From positions 1 to 26,967 of IMG/VR virus record IMGVR_UViG_3300017784_002570: a DNA stretch of 26,967 nucleotides; one strand, written 5' to 3'. Positions 7,727 to 16,947 of this stretch are shown in pieces. Position 1 is the stretch's first letter; the number at the start of each line of letters is the position of its first letter. The DNA comes from a virus. Its lineage: Duplodnaviria > Caudoviricetes. The notes beneath the pieces are model-generated. The model searched no databases, was not told the origin of the DNA, and saw only the letters and a program-made list of their open reading frames with translations. The position numbers and the translations under genes are program-made.

Positions 7727-9664
7727 TTATGCTTGTTGCGGATTGTTTTGAGCACGATTTCTAGCAGTGAAATCAAAGCGATTTACTGCCTTGGCATAGC
7801 CTGCAGGAGTGGCCATTACCCAGCCTTCGTGTCCGGGATCTTTCAAATCCAAGTTACGCAGAATATCCAGCTTCAAGTCGTGTAGCAAGATAAACAGGGT
7901 AAATGCAGCAGCCAGGCCTTCTGTGTTGGAACTTGGGCTTCGCAGATATTCAACAATGTTGGCAAATTTTCTTGGAGTGACTTTGGTTTGCAGCCATTGC
8001 CCAAACTCAGCCAACAGGTTGTTGAAGTTGCCGCCAGTTTTGATACGTGCATTGATATAGTCCACGCACAATTTGGCCAAGTCAGTAATCTGCATGGCCT
8101 TTAGTTCTCTAGGATTAAACAAGGTATCAATAGCAGCACCTTTTTCTCTGCGTAGTTGTTTGATCTGCTTGATCAATGCCAATTGCCCTTTGGCTTGTGT
8201 AGGATCCTGAGGCGTTACACCTTTGCCGTAAATTGGATCAATCAACAACAGTCCAGGTACTTCGTTAAACGACACTCGATTGAGTGGTTGTTTGGCTTCT
8301 CCTTGGTCGGCATACATGGTGTGCATGGCAATGCCTGTGCTACTGTTACGAATGCGTTGGCCCAGGGCACTCTTGGCAGGTATACGATATTCCACTGTGT
8401 TGGGTTTGAACACAAGATTGCCAGCTTCGTCTGTCCACGGCTGCTCTGGATAGTACAATAGATCGCCCTTGACATAGCCTCGGAAGTTTGTGGGCACAGC
8501 CGCTTCTAACTGTGGCCAAAGGTCAGCATACAGTTGAGTGATGCCGCTGCGTTCTCCGGGTCTTGTGCTTTGAATTTGTGCCATCATTCGGGGTGAGGTG
8601 GCCAGGCCATCGTAGCCCTTGGCTTCAAACCCTGAACCATCTGTGAGCACAAACTCGCCTGTGGCTGGCTTGCGGCCAAACACCACAGCAGGTTTGCCGT
8701 CCCACTTCACACTGGTGGTTTTTTGCGGTGCTTCTGTGGCATGTTGTATGATGGCCAATGCTTCATCCACCCCACGTGAGCCTTTGCGGAACACAAGATC
8801 TTCAATGTGTTCAATGCCTTTGGCTCTGCCACCCACACCCACTTCTTCAGCTTCATATATTTGATAGGGACTAGTTGGCTCAGCTTCGATCAGCGGCAGC
8901 ATGCCTTGATTGACAATTCTGTCACGCAGCTTGGCCAAGAAATGCACATCTGTATTTTCATTCACTGTGCCTGGTTCTTGCAGGCCTTCTCTGGCTAGAT
9001 AATCACGGAAGTCAGCCAGTTTGGCATCACGTTGTGGATCTCTTGCTAGAGCAGCATAAATGCTTTCTACATTTTTGAGATTCTCTCGTGTGGCATTAGC
9101 GCCCAGCAAAGTCTTGGCCACATAGTCCGGATCCATACCGCCGTCTACCAATTGATTTGTGGTGCGGCTGATCATGCCATTGGCACCCACTTTGAGTCCC
9201 TGTTGTTTGGCAATTGAACTCATCAACACATTACGGTTCATGCCTTTGTATACTGAATCGTCTGCGCCTCCATAGTAAAAGCCGCCCCAATCCAAGTTGG
9301 GAAAAAACATAAAGTCAGCTTGTATAAACCCATTTTCTGGACGGCCATTGATAGGAGCACGTAGGTGTACTTCGCCGGCTTTTTTAACCCAGTTGCGTGG
9401 ATCTTCACCGTGACTTTGTGCCCATTGGGTAAGTCTAGCTGCTAATTGTTCTTTGGTAACTTGGCTGGCGTCAACTGCTAGATCCAAGTCGCCCGATGTG
9501 GGTTTACGACCAGTTGACCCCAACCAACGCTCGCGTGGGAATTCAATACCAGTTAGAGTTTCAATCCATTGCACTGTTTGTGCCACATCACTTTGATTAA
9601 TGCGACCGGTTAATGGATTGCCATCACCATCTTTGAATACGTTTCCACCTTCTAGTAGTTTCAT
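7727..9664 (-). CDS. Fusion of a Pol-beta-superfamily nucleotidyltransferase and an ATP-dependent ligase-like (KxDG) domain
   Basis: N-half: LGSTGRKPTSGDLDLAV plus IQADF. C-half: VKWDG, KGDLLY, HEGWV and AKAVNR, matching ligase motifs I, III, IV and V. Confidence 0.75.
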   Translation of the reverse strand: MKLLEGGNVFKDGDGNPLTGRINQSDVAQTVQWIETLTGIEFPRERWLGSTGRKPTSGDLDLAVDASQVTKEQLAARLTQWAQSHGEDPRNWVKKAGEVHLRAPINGRPENGFIQADFMFFPNLDWGGFYYGGADDSVYKGMNRNVLMSSIAKQQGLKVGANGMISRTTNQLVDGGMDPDYVAKTLLGANATRENLKNVESIYAALARDPQRDAKLADFRDYLAREGLQEPGTVNENTDVHFLAKLRDRIVNQGMLPLIEAEPTSPYQIYEAEEVGVGGRAKGIEHIEDLVFRKGSRGVDEALAIIQHATEAPQKTTSVKWDGKPAVVFGRKPATGEFVLTDGSGFEAKGYDGLATSPRMMAQIQSTRPGERSGITQLYADLWPQLEAAVPTNFRGYVKGDLLYYPEQPWTDEAGNLVFKPNTVEYRIPAKSALGQRIRNSSTGIAMHTMYADQGEAKQPLNRVSFNEVPGLLLIDPIYGKGVTPQDPTQAKGQLALIKQIKQLRREKGAAIDTLFNPRELKAMQITDLAKLCVDYINARIKTGGNFNNLLAEFGQWLQTKVTPRKFANIVEYLRSPSSNTEGLAAAFTLFILLHDLKLDILRNLDLKDPGHEGWVMATPAGYAKAVNRFDFTARNRAQNNPQQA

Positions 9665-10959
9665 TTTGTGTCAAATCCTAGTGCTTTTAGATAATTGATT
9701 GTTTGTTGATCGTCACTTTTTACTGGGGGTAACGTGCCAGTTATTTTTTCCACAGCGTCTAATGTCGCCGGCGGCATAGACACTGGTGGTTTTTGTAGTG
9801 TTGCTTTTGCTGCGGCAACTGACGGACTACTACCCCCTGCAGATGTTCTGCCCGAAGAGGCTGCTGTGGCTGCTTGTGGATTATCAGCAGTTATTTTTTG
9901 ACTCATCATTGCCGTTGCAGCCACAAGATTTATAAATTCTTCTTCCTGTTTTGTTTTACGATTAGCATCCGGCAGTTTTTCTGCATTTGCAATGTTTTGC
10001 AGAGAAGTTCGAATGGTTGGCTCTTGTAAATATTCTTGCGCAAATTTAGCATAAGTTTTTGGAATTACAGTTTTTTCATACCAATCAGTTAGTTGATTTA
10101 GATTGGCAGCCTCTACAAGTAAACGAGATTTGGTATATTTTTTTAATCCTAACGATTCATAAATTCCTTTGGCTGCACCTTGTTTGATTGCATTTTTATC
10201 TGTTAGTGTTTGTTGGAATCCAGGTTTGGCTTTGGCAGCTTTAACGGCGGCAATCAGTGCATTGTCTGCTTGTGAAGTTTGTGCATTTGTTGCTTTTGTT
10301 TGTGCTATTTGTTGCTGTGCTTGTTGTTGACTAACTTGACCTGCTGCCAGTTTAGCTTCTCTATTTTTCTTTAATTGATCTAAATCCAATGATTGTGCAG
10401 CAAGTGCCGGTGCTGCCGCTGGTTTAGCTGGATTGGGAGTTGTTACGGCACCGGGCACCTGGTATGGTTTTGTAGGCATTGCAGTGCCTGCTGGTACCGG
10501 CGCTACTGGTTTAGCTGTGTTTGTTTTGCTGACAGGAGCATTGGCCATAGTACTCGGTTGTGCCGCCGCACCTTTGGCTAACTGGCCTGCTATTTGTCCC
10601 ATTGCTGTTGCGCCAGCTGCTGGTTGTGCCGGTTGATTAACAGCGTGCGCAGGTGTTGTAGAGGGTTGAATGACTTGGGCACGAGCCTTTTCCCATTGAG
10701 CCTGCATATTTGCTGCTACTTGTTTCATGGCAGAATTGTTTTTGACACCTTGCATTCTTTGAACAAAATCACTTTGTGTTTGATCTGCTGTGTTGGTGGC
10801 GCCTTGCCCTGCTCCAGGGGTTACTGTTCTAAGTGCATCTTTTACTCCGCCTGGTTGCATCATTGCCTTGCCGGCAGTTTTGATGTTTGACCACAGGCCG
10901 CCAGATCCGGCTAGATCAAGTTCGTTCAGTTGCTTTCTTGTGACTTCATGAATCTGCAT
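9661..10959 (-). CDS. Low-complexity Ala/Gln/Pro-rich probable internal virion protein (432 aa)
   Basis: N-terminus MQIHE; long AQP-rich disordered segments; within a TAAATA-driven operon. Confidence 0.7.
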   Translation of the reverse strand: MQIHEVTRKQLNELDLAGSGGLWSNIKTAGKAMMQPGGVKDALRTVTPGAGQGATNTADQTQSDFVQRMQGVKNNSAMKQVAANMQAQWEKARAQVIQPSTTPAHAVNQPAQPAAGATAMGQIAGQLAKGAAAQPSTMANAPVSKTNTAKPVAPVPAGTAMPTKPYQVPGAVTTPNPAKPAAAPALAAQSLDLDQLKKNREAKLAAGQVSQQQAQQQIAQTKATNAQTSQADNALIAAVKAAKAKPGFQQTLTDKNAIKQGAAKGIYESLGLKKYTKSRLLVEAANLNQLTDWYEKTVIPKTYAKFAQEYLQEPTIRTSLQNIANAEKLPDANRKTKQEEEFINLVAATAMMSQKITADNPQAATAASSGRTSAGGSSPSVAAAKATLQKPPVSMPPATLDAVEKITGTLPPVKSDDQQTINYLKALGFDTK

Positions 10960-11194
10960 GGGTACGCCTTACTGTTCTTTCAAAGCGGCCTGCATCTCTG
11001 GTGCGAATGGCATTAAGCAATTTGCGAGTTAAATTTTCTGCCTGTTCCGGAGGGAATGTAGCGTCAATTTGTTCCAGTAAGTTAATAGCACTGGCAATGA
11101 TGTTGCTGGCGCGACTTTCAATCACCAGGTGATTATCGCGCTCAATATACATTGCGTCTAGTTCTTCTAATATACTACGGGTGCGTTTTTGCAT
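10946..11194 (-). CDS. Hypothetical helical protein (82 aa)
   Basis: ORF downstream of TAAATA (11215-11220), overlapping the next gene. Confidence 0.7.
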   Translation of the reverse strand: MQKRTRSILEELDAMYIERDNHLVIESRASNIIASAINLLEQIDATFPPEQAENLTRKLLNAIRTRDAGRFERTVRRTHADS

Positions 11195-11214
11195 CTGCTC
11201 AAGGGCCTTTGAGT

Positions 11215-11220
11215 TATTTA
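11215..11220 (-). promoter_or_regulatory. Late promoter TAAATA
   Basis: ATAAATA 20 nt upstream of the ATG at 11194. Confidence 0.6.
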
Positions 11221-11248
11221 TTTGATTTTAATTATATTAAAATATGAT

Positions 11249-11977
11249 TTAAAGTATTGACATTTTGTGCCAAATCTCTTCTCTGTCAGGATCATATGCC
11301 ACCCATTGATATGTGTGTATTCTATGTTCTAATTCTTCTAGTCTGCAGGTGTCTACAACAAAGGGTATGTTTGGCAACACATGTTCTTTTACATAGGCCA
11401 AATGCACAACAGGACTGGGTTGCACTTGAGATTGTCTGACTTCTTTAAATTTGTCTTGCTGACTGAATTTGCTCATGTCTTCTTTAACCCAATTGATATT
11501 GCTAAACAAGCAGTCAACTCCAGAAGTTGAAAAAAACAATGATTTGTCCAGGAGTAAATTGCCGGCAAGATAGACAAAATTATTAGTTCTGTTTTTATGT
11601 TGCTGAGGTTGTACAAAATGCCGGTGATAAGTTAGTATGTCTGTTTGTGTGCTGGCACTACTGATCCACCAAGTTTGATCAGCTATGCAATTTCTATTAA
11701 AGTAGTACACTGGGTCACTATCAATGATGCTGTTCCAACTGGCATCTTCAAGCAGTTTATCAAACCTATCGGCTTGTGCCCACTGCACTATAAAATACGC
11801 ATGCGGATCCAATATATTGGCCTGCACAATAGCATTCAAAATGTATTCATTGCCGGCGCCCACAGCACCATAATGTGTGAAGTCGCAGTGCGGCAGCAAT
11901 GCTTGTAAGATAACAGGCCACTCAGGCCATATGTGACTGGAGGCATACCCATCTCCGAATGTGTAAATTTTTTTCAT
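11249..11977 (-). CDS. SGNH/GDSL-hydrolase-like protein, catalytic residues degenerate
   Basis: KIYTFGDGY (GDS becomes GDG), GAVGAGN, IVQWAQADRFD and C-terminal QPSPVVH. Confidence 0.55.
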   Translation of the reverse strand: MKKIYTFGDGYASSHIWPEWPVILQALLPHCDFTHYGAVGAGNEYILNAIVQANILDPHAYFIVQWAQADRFDKLLEDASWNSIIDSDPVYYFNRNCIADQTWWISSASTQTDILTYHRHFVQPQQHKNRTNNFVYLAGNLLLDKSLFFSTSGVDCLFSNINWVKEDMSKFSQQDKFKEVRQSQVQPSPVVHLAYVKEHVLPNIPFVVDTCRLEELEHRIHTYQWVAYDPDREEIWHKMSIL

Positions 11978-12723
11978 ACCCAGTTGTTATTTTCTAAATT
12001 TAACTTGTCAATTCCATGTCGAACAACAATCATACCGCACATGATACCAAAGTCAACATTGTCAAAGTACGTGGGGATTTCTGGTGGCTGATCATTTACA
12101 ACTTGATCACATATGGATTGATACAAAGTTACTCTATCCAAGATAGGTTGTTGAGCGTTGATAAAGTGTGCCCAGATTTCTTCAAGATTGGAAAATGAAG
12201 CAATTTGAGACATTTCTTGTGCAAACAATTCTAACTTGTAAAAACTGCTAAATGGAATTTCATGCCCTGTCATGTGTTGCGGAAGCCAGGCAATTTCTTT
12301 TTTTGTCATGGATTGATACATAAAAAAGAATTCTTCTCTGAGATAGTTTTTGCTTGTTGGAAATCTTTGTTGACTTTCATCAAGAAATCTGCTGACAGTT
12401 TGTGAATTTGAGTGTATGGCTTTTCTAAAATAATTATTTAAAAATATTTCGTAATGACTGTCAACCACAATATTAATAACGGTTCTATCATTGAAAAGTT
12501 TTGTTAAATCTCTGTTGTCAAAATTATGCAAACATACCACTGGGTTATCAGTATCATGAATGACTTTGTCAAACGTTTCTATTTGTGTGGTTTGAGAAGA
12601 ATATGCTATTTTTAAAGAATGGTAACTGCCATTTGATTCCACTGAGAAGTCATATTCATTGGCCAGTATTCTTGACAAGAAATGCCCCAGTCCGCCCGGT
12701 GCAGCAGTAACAACATATTTCAT
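11974..12723 (-). CDS. P-loop sulfotransferase-like protein
   Basis: N-terminal beta strand plus APGGLGHFLSRIL; later HEIPFSSF, resembling the sulfotransferase I-x-Y/F-E-D/x-L strand. Confidence 0.45.
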   Translation of the reverse strand: MKYVVTAAPGGLGHFLSRILANEYDFSVESNGSYHSLKIAYSSQTTQIETFDKVIHDTDNPVVCLHNFDNRDLTKLFNDRTVINIVVDSHYEIFLNNYFRKAIHSNSQTVSRFLDESQQRFPTSKNYLREEFFFMYQSMTKKEIAWLPQHMTGHEIPFSSFYKLELFAQEMSQIASFSNLEEIWAHFINAQQPILDRVTLYQSICDQVVNDQPPEIPTYFDNVDFGIMCGMIVVRHGIDKLNLENNNWV

Positions 12724-13838
12724 GTTAGATATCGTTTGTAATACTCTGCCACTTCTGGGAATATTTTGCTAAATGATTGATTTCGATATTGATCAATATT
12801 ATTGATCTCCTGAATCATTGTTGTAATTGCTAATGGTTGTTCTTTCCATGTTGTAGGAATCAGTTGCTGGCACTTGATTATATCATCAACATATTCTTGT
12901 GACAAAAAATCAATGCTGTACGTGCCATGGGCCATATGTCTGCTATGGACTGTTATGTCCCCTTCTTTGTTGGTAGAAAAGTGTTCTTTACTCCACTGCT
13001 CTAATTCATTAATATAGGCCAAGTTAAAAATTGAAATTGTTTCTTCAATCAAAAACATCACATTGCTTGGCAATGTATCCCGCATGGTCAAAATATTGTC
13101 AGTTGTTTGATTCCAAGATGCAGGCCATCTAAGATATTCAAATCTTTCTTGTATTCCATCTAAACTTACATGAATTTTGACTAAATGAAATTTTTCAATG
13201 ATATCAAAGTTCCTCATTGAGATTGGCTGAGTTCCGTTTGTTTGAAAACACAAAGTAAGATTCTGTTTAGCATTAGGAACATTACTAGCCAGCCAGGTTG
13301 CCACATCCCAATATGCTTGTCCTAGTAGTGTTTCACCTCCTGCAAACACAAGCATGCGCAAATTAGACAAATCTAACAACTTTAATTGTGCAATCACTTG
13401 CTCTTTATCAGTCGGTGATGATATTGGAGTCAACCATTTGGTATGTTTTTTTAAATGCTTTTGCCAAAGTGTACTACTGCCAGGGCCACAAGTTCGACAT
13501 GCTAAATTACAACTGAGGTCAAACATTAGATCAATTCTAACTGGCCCTGACAGGGTGTGTTGCCCATTTAATTTTAATCCTTGATTCATGCCTATACGCA
13601 TGCTTGGCAAATTAGATTGTTCAAGTTGCTGACAATTGCTACATTTATCATCCCATATGTTTTGTTGATTCTTCTGTCTTAGATCCAATAAAACTTGTTG
13701 TTGCCATAAATTTATTGATTTGTCCACTGGGCTGGCTTTACCGTGAAGACAGCATGATTGTACGTGTAGTTGACCAGTCTTAAAATTTAAATTCAACCCA
13801 CCATGTATCATTGAACAGTAAATGTCTTTGTCAATCAT
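12720..13838 (-). CDS. Radical SAM enzyme with N-terminal twitch/SPASM-like Cys cluster
   Basis: CNLACRTC (CX3CX2C), FAGGETLL, QTNGT, VSLDG and YLRWPASW; N-terminal C...CC...CSNC. Confidence 0.9.
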   Translation of the reverse strand: MIDKDIYCSMIHGGLNLNFKTGQLHVQSCCLHGKASPVDKSINLWQQQVLLDLRQKNQQNIWDDKCSNCQQLEQSNLPSMRIGMNQGLKLNGQHTLSGPVRIDLMFDLSCNLACRTCGPGSSTLWQKHLKKHTKWLTPISSPTDKEQVIAQLKLLDLSNLRMLVFAGGETLLGQAYWDVATWLASNVPNAKQNLTLCFQTNGTQPISMRNFDIIEKFHLVKIHVSLDGIQERFEYLRWPASWNQTTDNILTMRDTLPSNVMFLIEETISIFNLAYINELEQWSKEHFSTNKEGDITVHSRHMAHGTYSIDFLSQEYVDDIIKCQQLIPTTWKEQPLAITTMIQEINNIDQYRNQSFSKIFPEVAEYYKRYLT

Positions 13839-15280
13839 GATGTTTTGATTTTGCCTAGCAATTGCTTGAGCTTGGCGCTTTGCACATCAGCTGTGACCTT
13901 GGGTGCTTCTAACTCAAAACCTTCTCGGGCCTGTGGTCGATCCCAAGGTACAGACTTGGCGTCGTCTGCGGCAGCATTAACTTGGCTTTTTGCTTTGATT
14001 GAGTCCATAATACTTGTACTGGGCTTTTTGCTAAACCCGTTTTCGTTATCATCCCCGCCTTCGTCGGTAATACGCATGGTTTCAATATTGTACTCCAAAT
14101 CAATCTTTTGACCAACGCCGGTCGAGCTTCGACTCTTCATACACTGGATCTGATACTTGCCACGCTCTTTCATTGCACGGCTTGTGAAGATACCAAACAC
14201 GTTATCTGCTGTGTTAATTTTAGAGATACCACCTGATATGTGGCTGTGATCAAATTCAATTTCTTCCACAGCACTACGATTCAACTGTGATGCTGTTACC
14301 ATTAAGATACCTAGTTCTTTGGCTAAATTACGGAGTTCTTCTGAAACATACTTGTCTTTCACAAACAAGTCGTTGGGACTAACCTTGGCGCTGACAGGCA
14401 TTAGCAAGTCCAAGTAGTCAATCATCACAAAGTCTACTTTTTTACCAGTTTGAATTTGATACTCTTTCAAGTAAGCACGGATATCATTGATGTTTGATTG
14501 TGCTGGCAAATCTTTGACCTGATAATTGCCAGATTTTTTGGCTACCAGCTTGACCTTGAGCTCTGTGGTGTCTATGTCTTTGCGAATGTCCTTGGTGCTC
14601 ATGTTGGTTAACATAGCATCTGTACGCAATGACGTTAGTTCTTCTGAAAGTTCTAGTGTGATGTACACTCCACTAAGTCCTTGTTGTATCCAGTTTAGTG
14701 CAATGTTCATCATGACTAAACTCTTGCCTGATCCTGACCCGCCAGCAAAGATGTTCAGCTCACCACGACTGAATCCGCCATACAACAATCTGTCCAACTG
14801 TGTCCAACCTGTTGATACTTGTCCACCCGAGTTGAAGTACTTCTCAATGCGAGCCTTAGGATCAGCAAAGTAGTCTGTGCCCATGTCTTTGGTAAGTGAT
14901 ATCTGTACTGCATCTTTGATCAGCTTTTCAACAGGATCGTAATCGCCTTTTTCCAACAAGTCTGCGGCTTTTAAAATAGCTCGCTCCAGTTCTTGTCGAC
15001 GGGTGAATGCTTCAAACTCGCCCATGAACCAGTCAAAGTGTCCTTCGTTCAAGTCTGGAACAGCTTGCAATTTAACACCAGTGGTGGCTGAAATCTGCAT
15101 GCGGTCCGGCAAGGTCTTATGCTTGTCTGAGTGTTCTTTAATAAACTCAGCCGCAGGTCGCAAACTCTTGTCAAAGTTCTGCGGGTTGTAGATGTTTTGA
15201 ACACGCACATAGCTTTGTGCGTCCTCCAACATCATTTCTAGAAATAAACGTTGGACATCGAGAGAATAATCTTTAAGCAT
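13835..15280 (-). CDS. dnaB: Replicative DnaB/gp41-type helicase
   Basis: Walker A GGSGSGKS, YITLELSE, MIDYLDL, TASQLNR and MKSR. Confidence 0.95.
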   Translation of the reverse strand: MLKDYSLDVQRLFLEMMLEDAQSYVRVQNIYNPQNFDKSLRPAAEFIKEHSDKHKTLPDRMQISATTGVKLQAVPDLNEGHFDWFMGEFEAFTRRQELERAILKAADLLEKGDYDPVEKLIKDAVQISLTKDMGTDYFADPKARIEKYFNSGGQVSTGWTQLDRLLYGGFSRGELNIFAGGSGSGKSLVMMNIALNWIQQGLSGVYITLELSEELTSLRTDAMLTNMSTKDIRKDIDTTELKVKLVAKKSGNYQVKDLPAQSNINDIRAYLKEYQIQTGKKVDFVMIDYLDLLMPVSAKVSPNDLFVKDKYVSEELRNLAKELGILMVTASQLNRSAVEEIEFDHSHISGGISKINTADNVFGIFTSRAMKERGKYQIQCMKSRSSTGVGQKIDLEYNIETMRITDEGGDDNENGFSKKPSTSIMDSIKAKSQVNAAADDAKSVPWDRPQAREGFELEAPKVTADVQSAKLKQLLGKIKTS

Positions 15281-15285
15281 AGGGT

Positions 15286-15314
15286 ATTATAACATATACA
15301 TGAAGTAAAAACAA
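15286..15314 (-). promoter_or_regulatory. Sigma70-type promoter of the helicase gene
   Basis: TTGTTT, 17 nt ending in TGT (extended -10), TATAAT, 5 nt, ATG. Confidence 0.7.
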
Positions 15315-15324
15315 GTTCATCTGA

Positions 15325-15390
15325 TAAATATAGGTGTAGTTCGCGGAGGTGGAATTCCCAACTACTCTAACGTTCTGGAGGAACATCAGC
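15325..15390 (+). promoter_or_regulatory. Late promoter TAAATA and structured 5' leader of the GIY-YIG endonuclease
   Basis: TAAATA at 15325-15330; GTAGTT/AACTAC stem; GTTC-TGGAG-GAAC hairpin over the GGAGG RBS. Confidence 0.6.
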
Positions 15391-15978
15391 ATGAATACTT
15401 ATCCAATCGGATTCTACGTTTACGCATATCTAAGAGAGAACGGTACTCCTTATTACATTGGCAAAGGCTCTAAAGATAGGGCATGGCGTAAAGGACTTTT
15501 AGAAGTAAAGCCGCCAGTAGACAAATCAAAAATAATTATCATATCTTGCAATCTCACTGAACTTTGGTCCTTTGCACTAGAGCGTAAACTAATACGATGG
15601 TACGGTCGTAAAGATTTAGGCACTGGAATTCTTAGAAACAAATCTGATGGTGGCGAGGGTAGTTCTGGTTATAAACACACGCCCGATGCTTTAGAAAAAA
15701 TACGCAATGCTAGTAAAGGTAGGATGTTAGGCACAACAGTTTCTAAAGAAACAAAAAGAAAATTGCAAATTGCAAACACAGGAAAGACTAGATCTGCTGA
15801 ATCTATTGCTAAAAGTATTGCAGGTTGTAAGGGTCAAAAAAGAACTGTTGAACAACTAGAACGAATTAAAGAGAATTCTGGCAGGAAAAAAGGTTTCAAA
15901 CAAAGTCCTGAACATCGTGCAAAAATACTTGCTACAAAACTTGCACGAGGACTTATCAAGAAGTCCGTATTCTTTTAA
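15391..15978 (+). mobile_element. Free-standing GIY-YIG homing endonuclease with NUMOD3-type repeats
   Basis: [41 protein letters not shown], then [18 protein letters not shown] and SPEHRAKI. Start re-called to the ATG at 15391 after GGAGG. Antisense to its neighbours. Confidence 0.9.
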
Positions 15979-16945
15979 CAAGTTGTTTCTTCCTTAGTTC
16001 TATCTTAATCTTACTGGTTTCTCTGGCTGCCATAATAGTTAGCAATGTACCAACACGCCCTAACACAACCACAGCATCATTGACATCTTTACATTTTTCT
16101 GGCCACTCGGGTATACTTACCGCCCATCCCAGTTCCACAGCACGATCCACCAGTTCCATGCCTGCTAGATCTTGATCAGGCACTACAGTTATGTCTCTGC
16201 TTAGGTTGCGTATCAGTCGAGCCTGTGCGTCACTTATGGTGTTGTGCATCACCGCCACACCGCCAATACTCAATGCATCAAAGATGCCTTCTGTTACAAT
16301 CACATTGGTCCAGTTGTTGTGCTGTAAATCTGTGCCAAACACATAGCCTGGTTGACTGTCTGAAATAAACTTGGGTTGCTTGTTGTCTAAAAATCTGCAG
16401 GTAAATCCTACAATTTTGTTTTCGTATGTGAATGGTATAACCACATGCGGGCGTGTCCAATGAACACCATCATTCTCTATCTGTACCATAGCAGGAAAGT
16501 CTTCGGGCACATGTCTGCTACGCACATAGTCCCAATATGGACCATGTTCGGGCATCAACAACTCAGCATGTGGTGGCAGGTCTCGTTCTTCAAATGTAAT
16601 GCCGGCCAGTTGATTCCAAGCCTGTTGTCGATCTTCTAGTATGCCATGTATGCTACGATGCCGAAGGCTTTCCAAATTGAGCATTTCAATTTCAATGTCT
16701 GGCACACCCATCCACATCAGGAGTCTGCGAGCTTTAATGCTTAGGGTCCGACCCATGATAAAACTGGCTGTGTAGGCACAATTGAAACAGTGATAGCTCC
16801 ATCCTGCTTCGGTAGCTTTGAGTCCAGCACGGCCTCTTGTGTCTCTAGTGCTGCCATTATGCTGACAACAAACCGCATTGAAACTCAACCAACCTGATGG
16901 TGTGGGTTTCTTTTTTGCAGGTAGGTACGCAAGGATGTCAAGCAT
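15956..16945 (-). CDS. DNA primase (Zn finger + TOPRIM)
   Basis: CC...YHCFNC zinc-binding region; [16 protein letters not shown] and KDVNDA TOPRIM motifs. Confidence 0.92.
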   Translation of the reverse strand: MLDILAYLPAKKKPTPSGWLSFNAVCCQHNGSTRDTRGRAGLKATEAGWSYHCFNCAYTASFIMGRTLSIKARRLLMWMGVPDIEIEMLNLESLRHRSIHGILEDRQQAWNQLAGITFEERDLPPHAELLMPEHGPYWDYVRSRHVPEDFPAMVQIENDGVHWTRPHVVIPFTYENKIVGFTCRFLDNKQPKFISDSQPGYVFGTDLQHNNWTNVIVTEGIFDALSIGGVAVMHNTISDAQARLIRNLSRDITVVPDQDLAGMELVDRAVELGWAVSIPEWPEKCKDVNDAVVVLGRVGTLLTIMAARETSKIKIELRKKQLVKRIRTS

Positions 16946-16947
16946 TG

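Noticed and set aside
11226-11242. AT-only inverted repeat TTTTAAT-TAT-ATTAAAA as an origin or terminator
   Set aside because: Low complexity and expected by chance in an AT-rich gap; no iterons seen.
15349-15390. GTG-start extension of the GIY-YIG ORF
   Set aside because: The ATG at 15391 has a GGAGG RBS and precedes the catalytic motif; the extension coincides with the structured leader. Use of the GTG is not strictly excluded.
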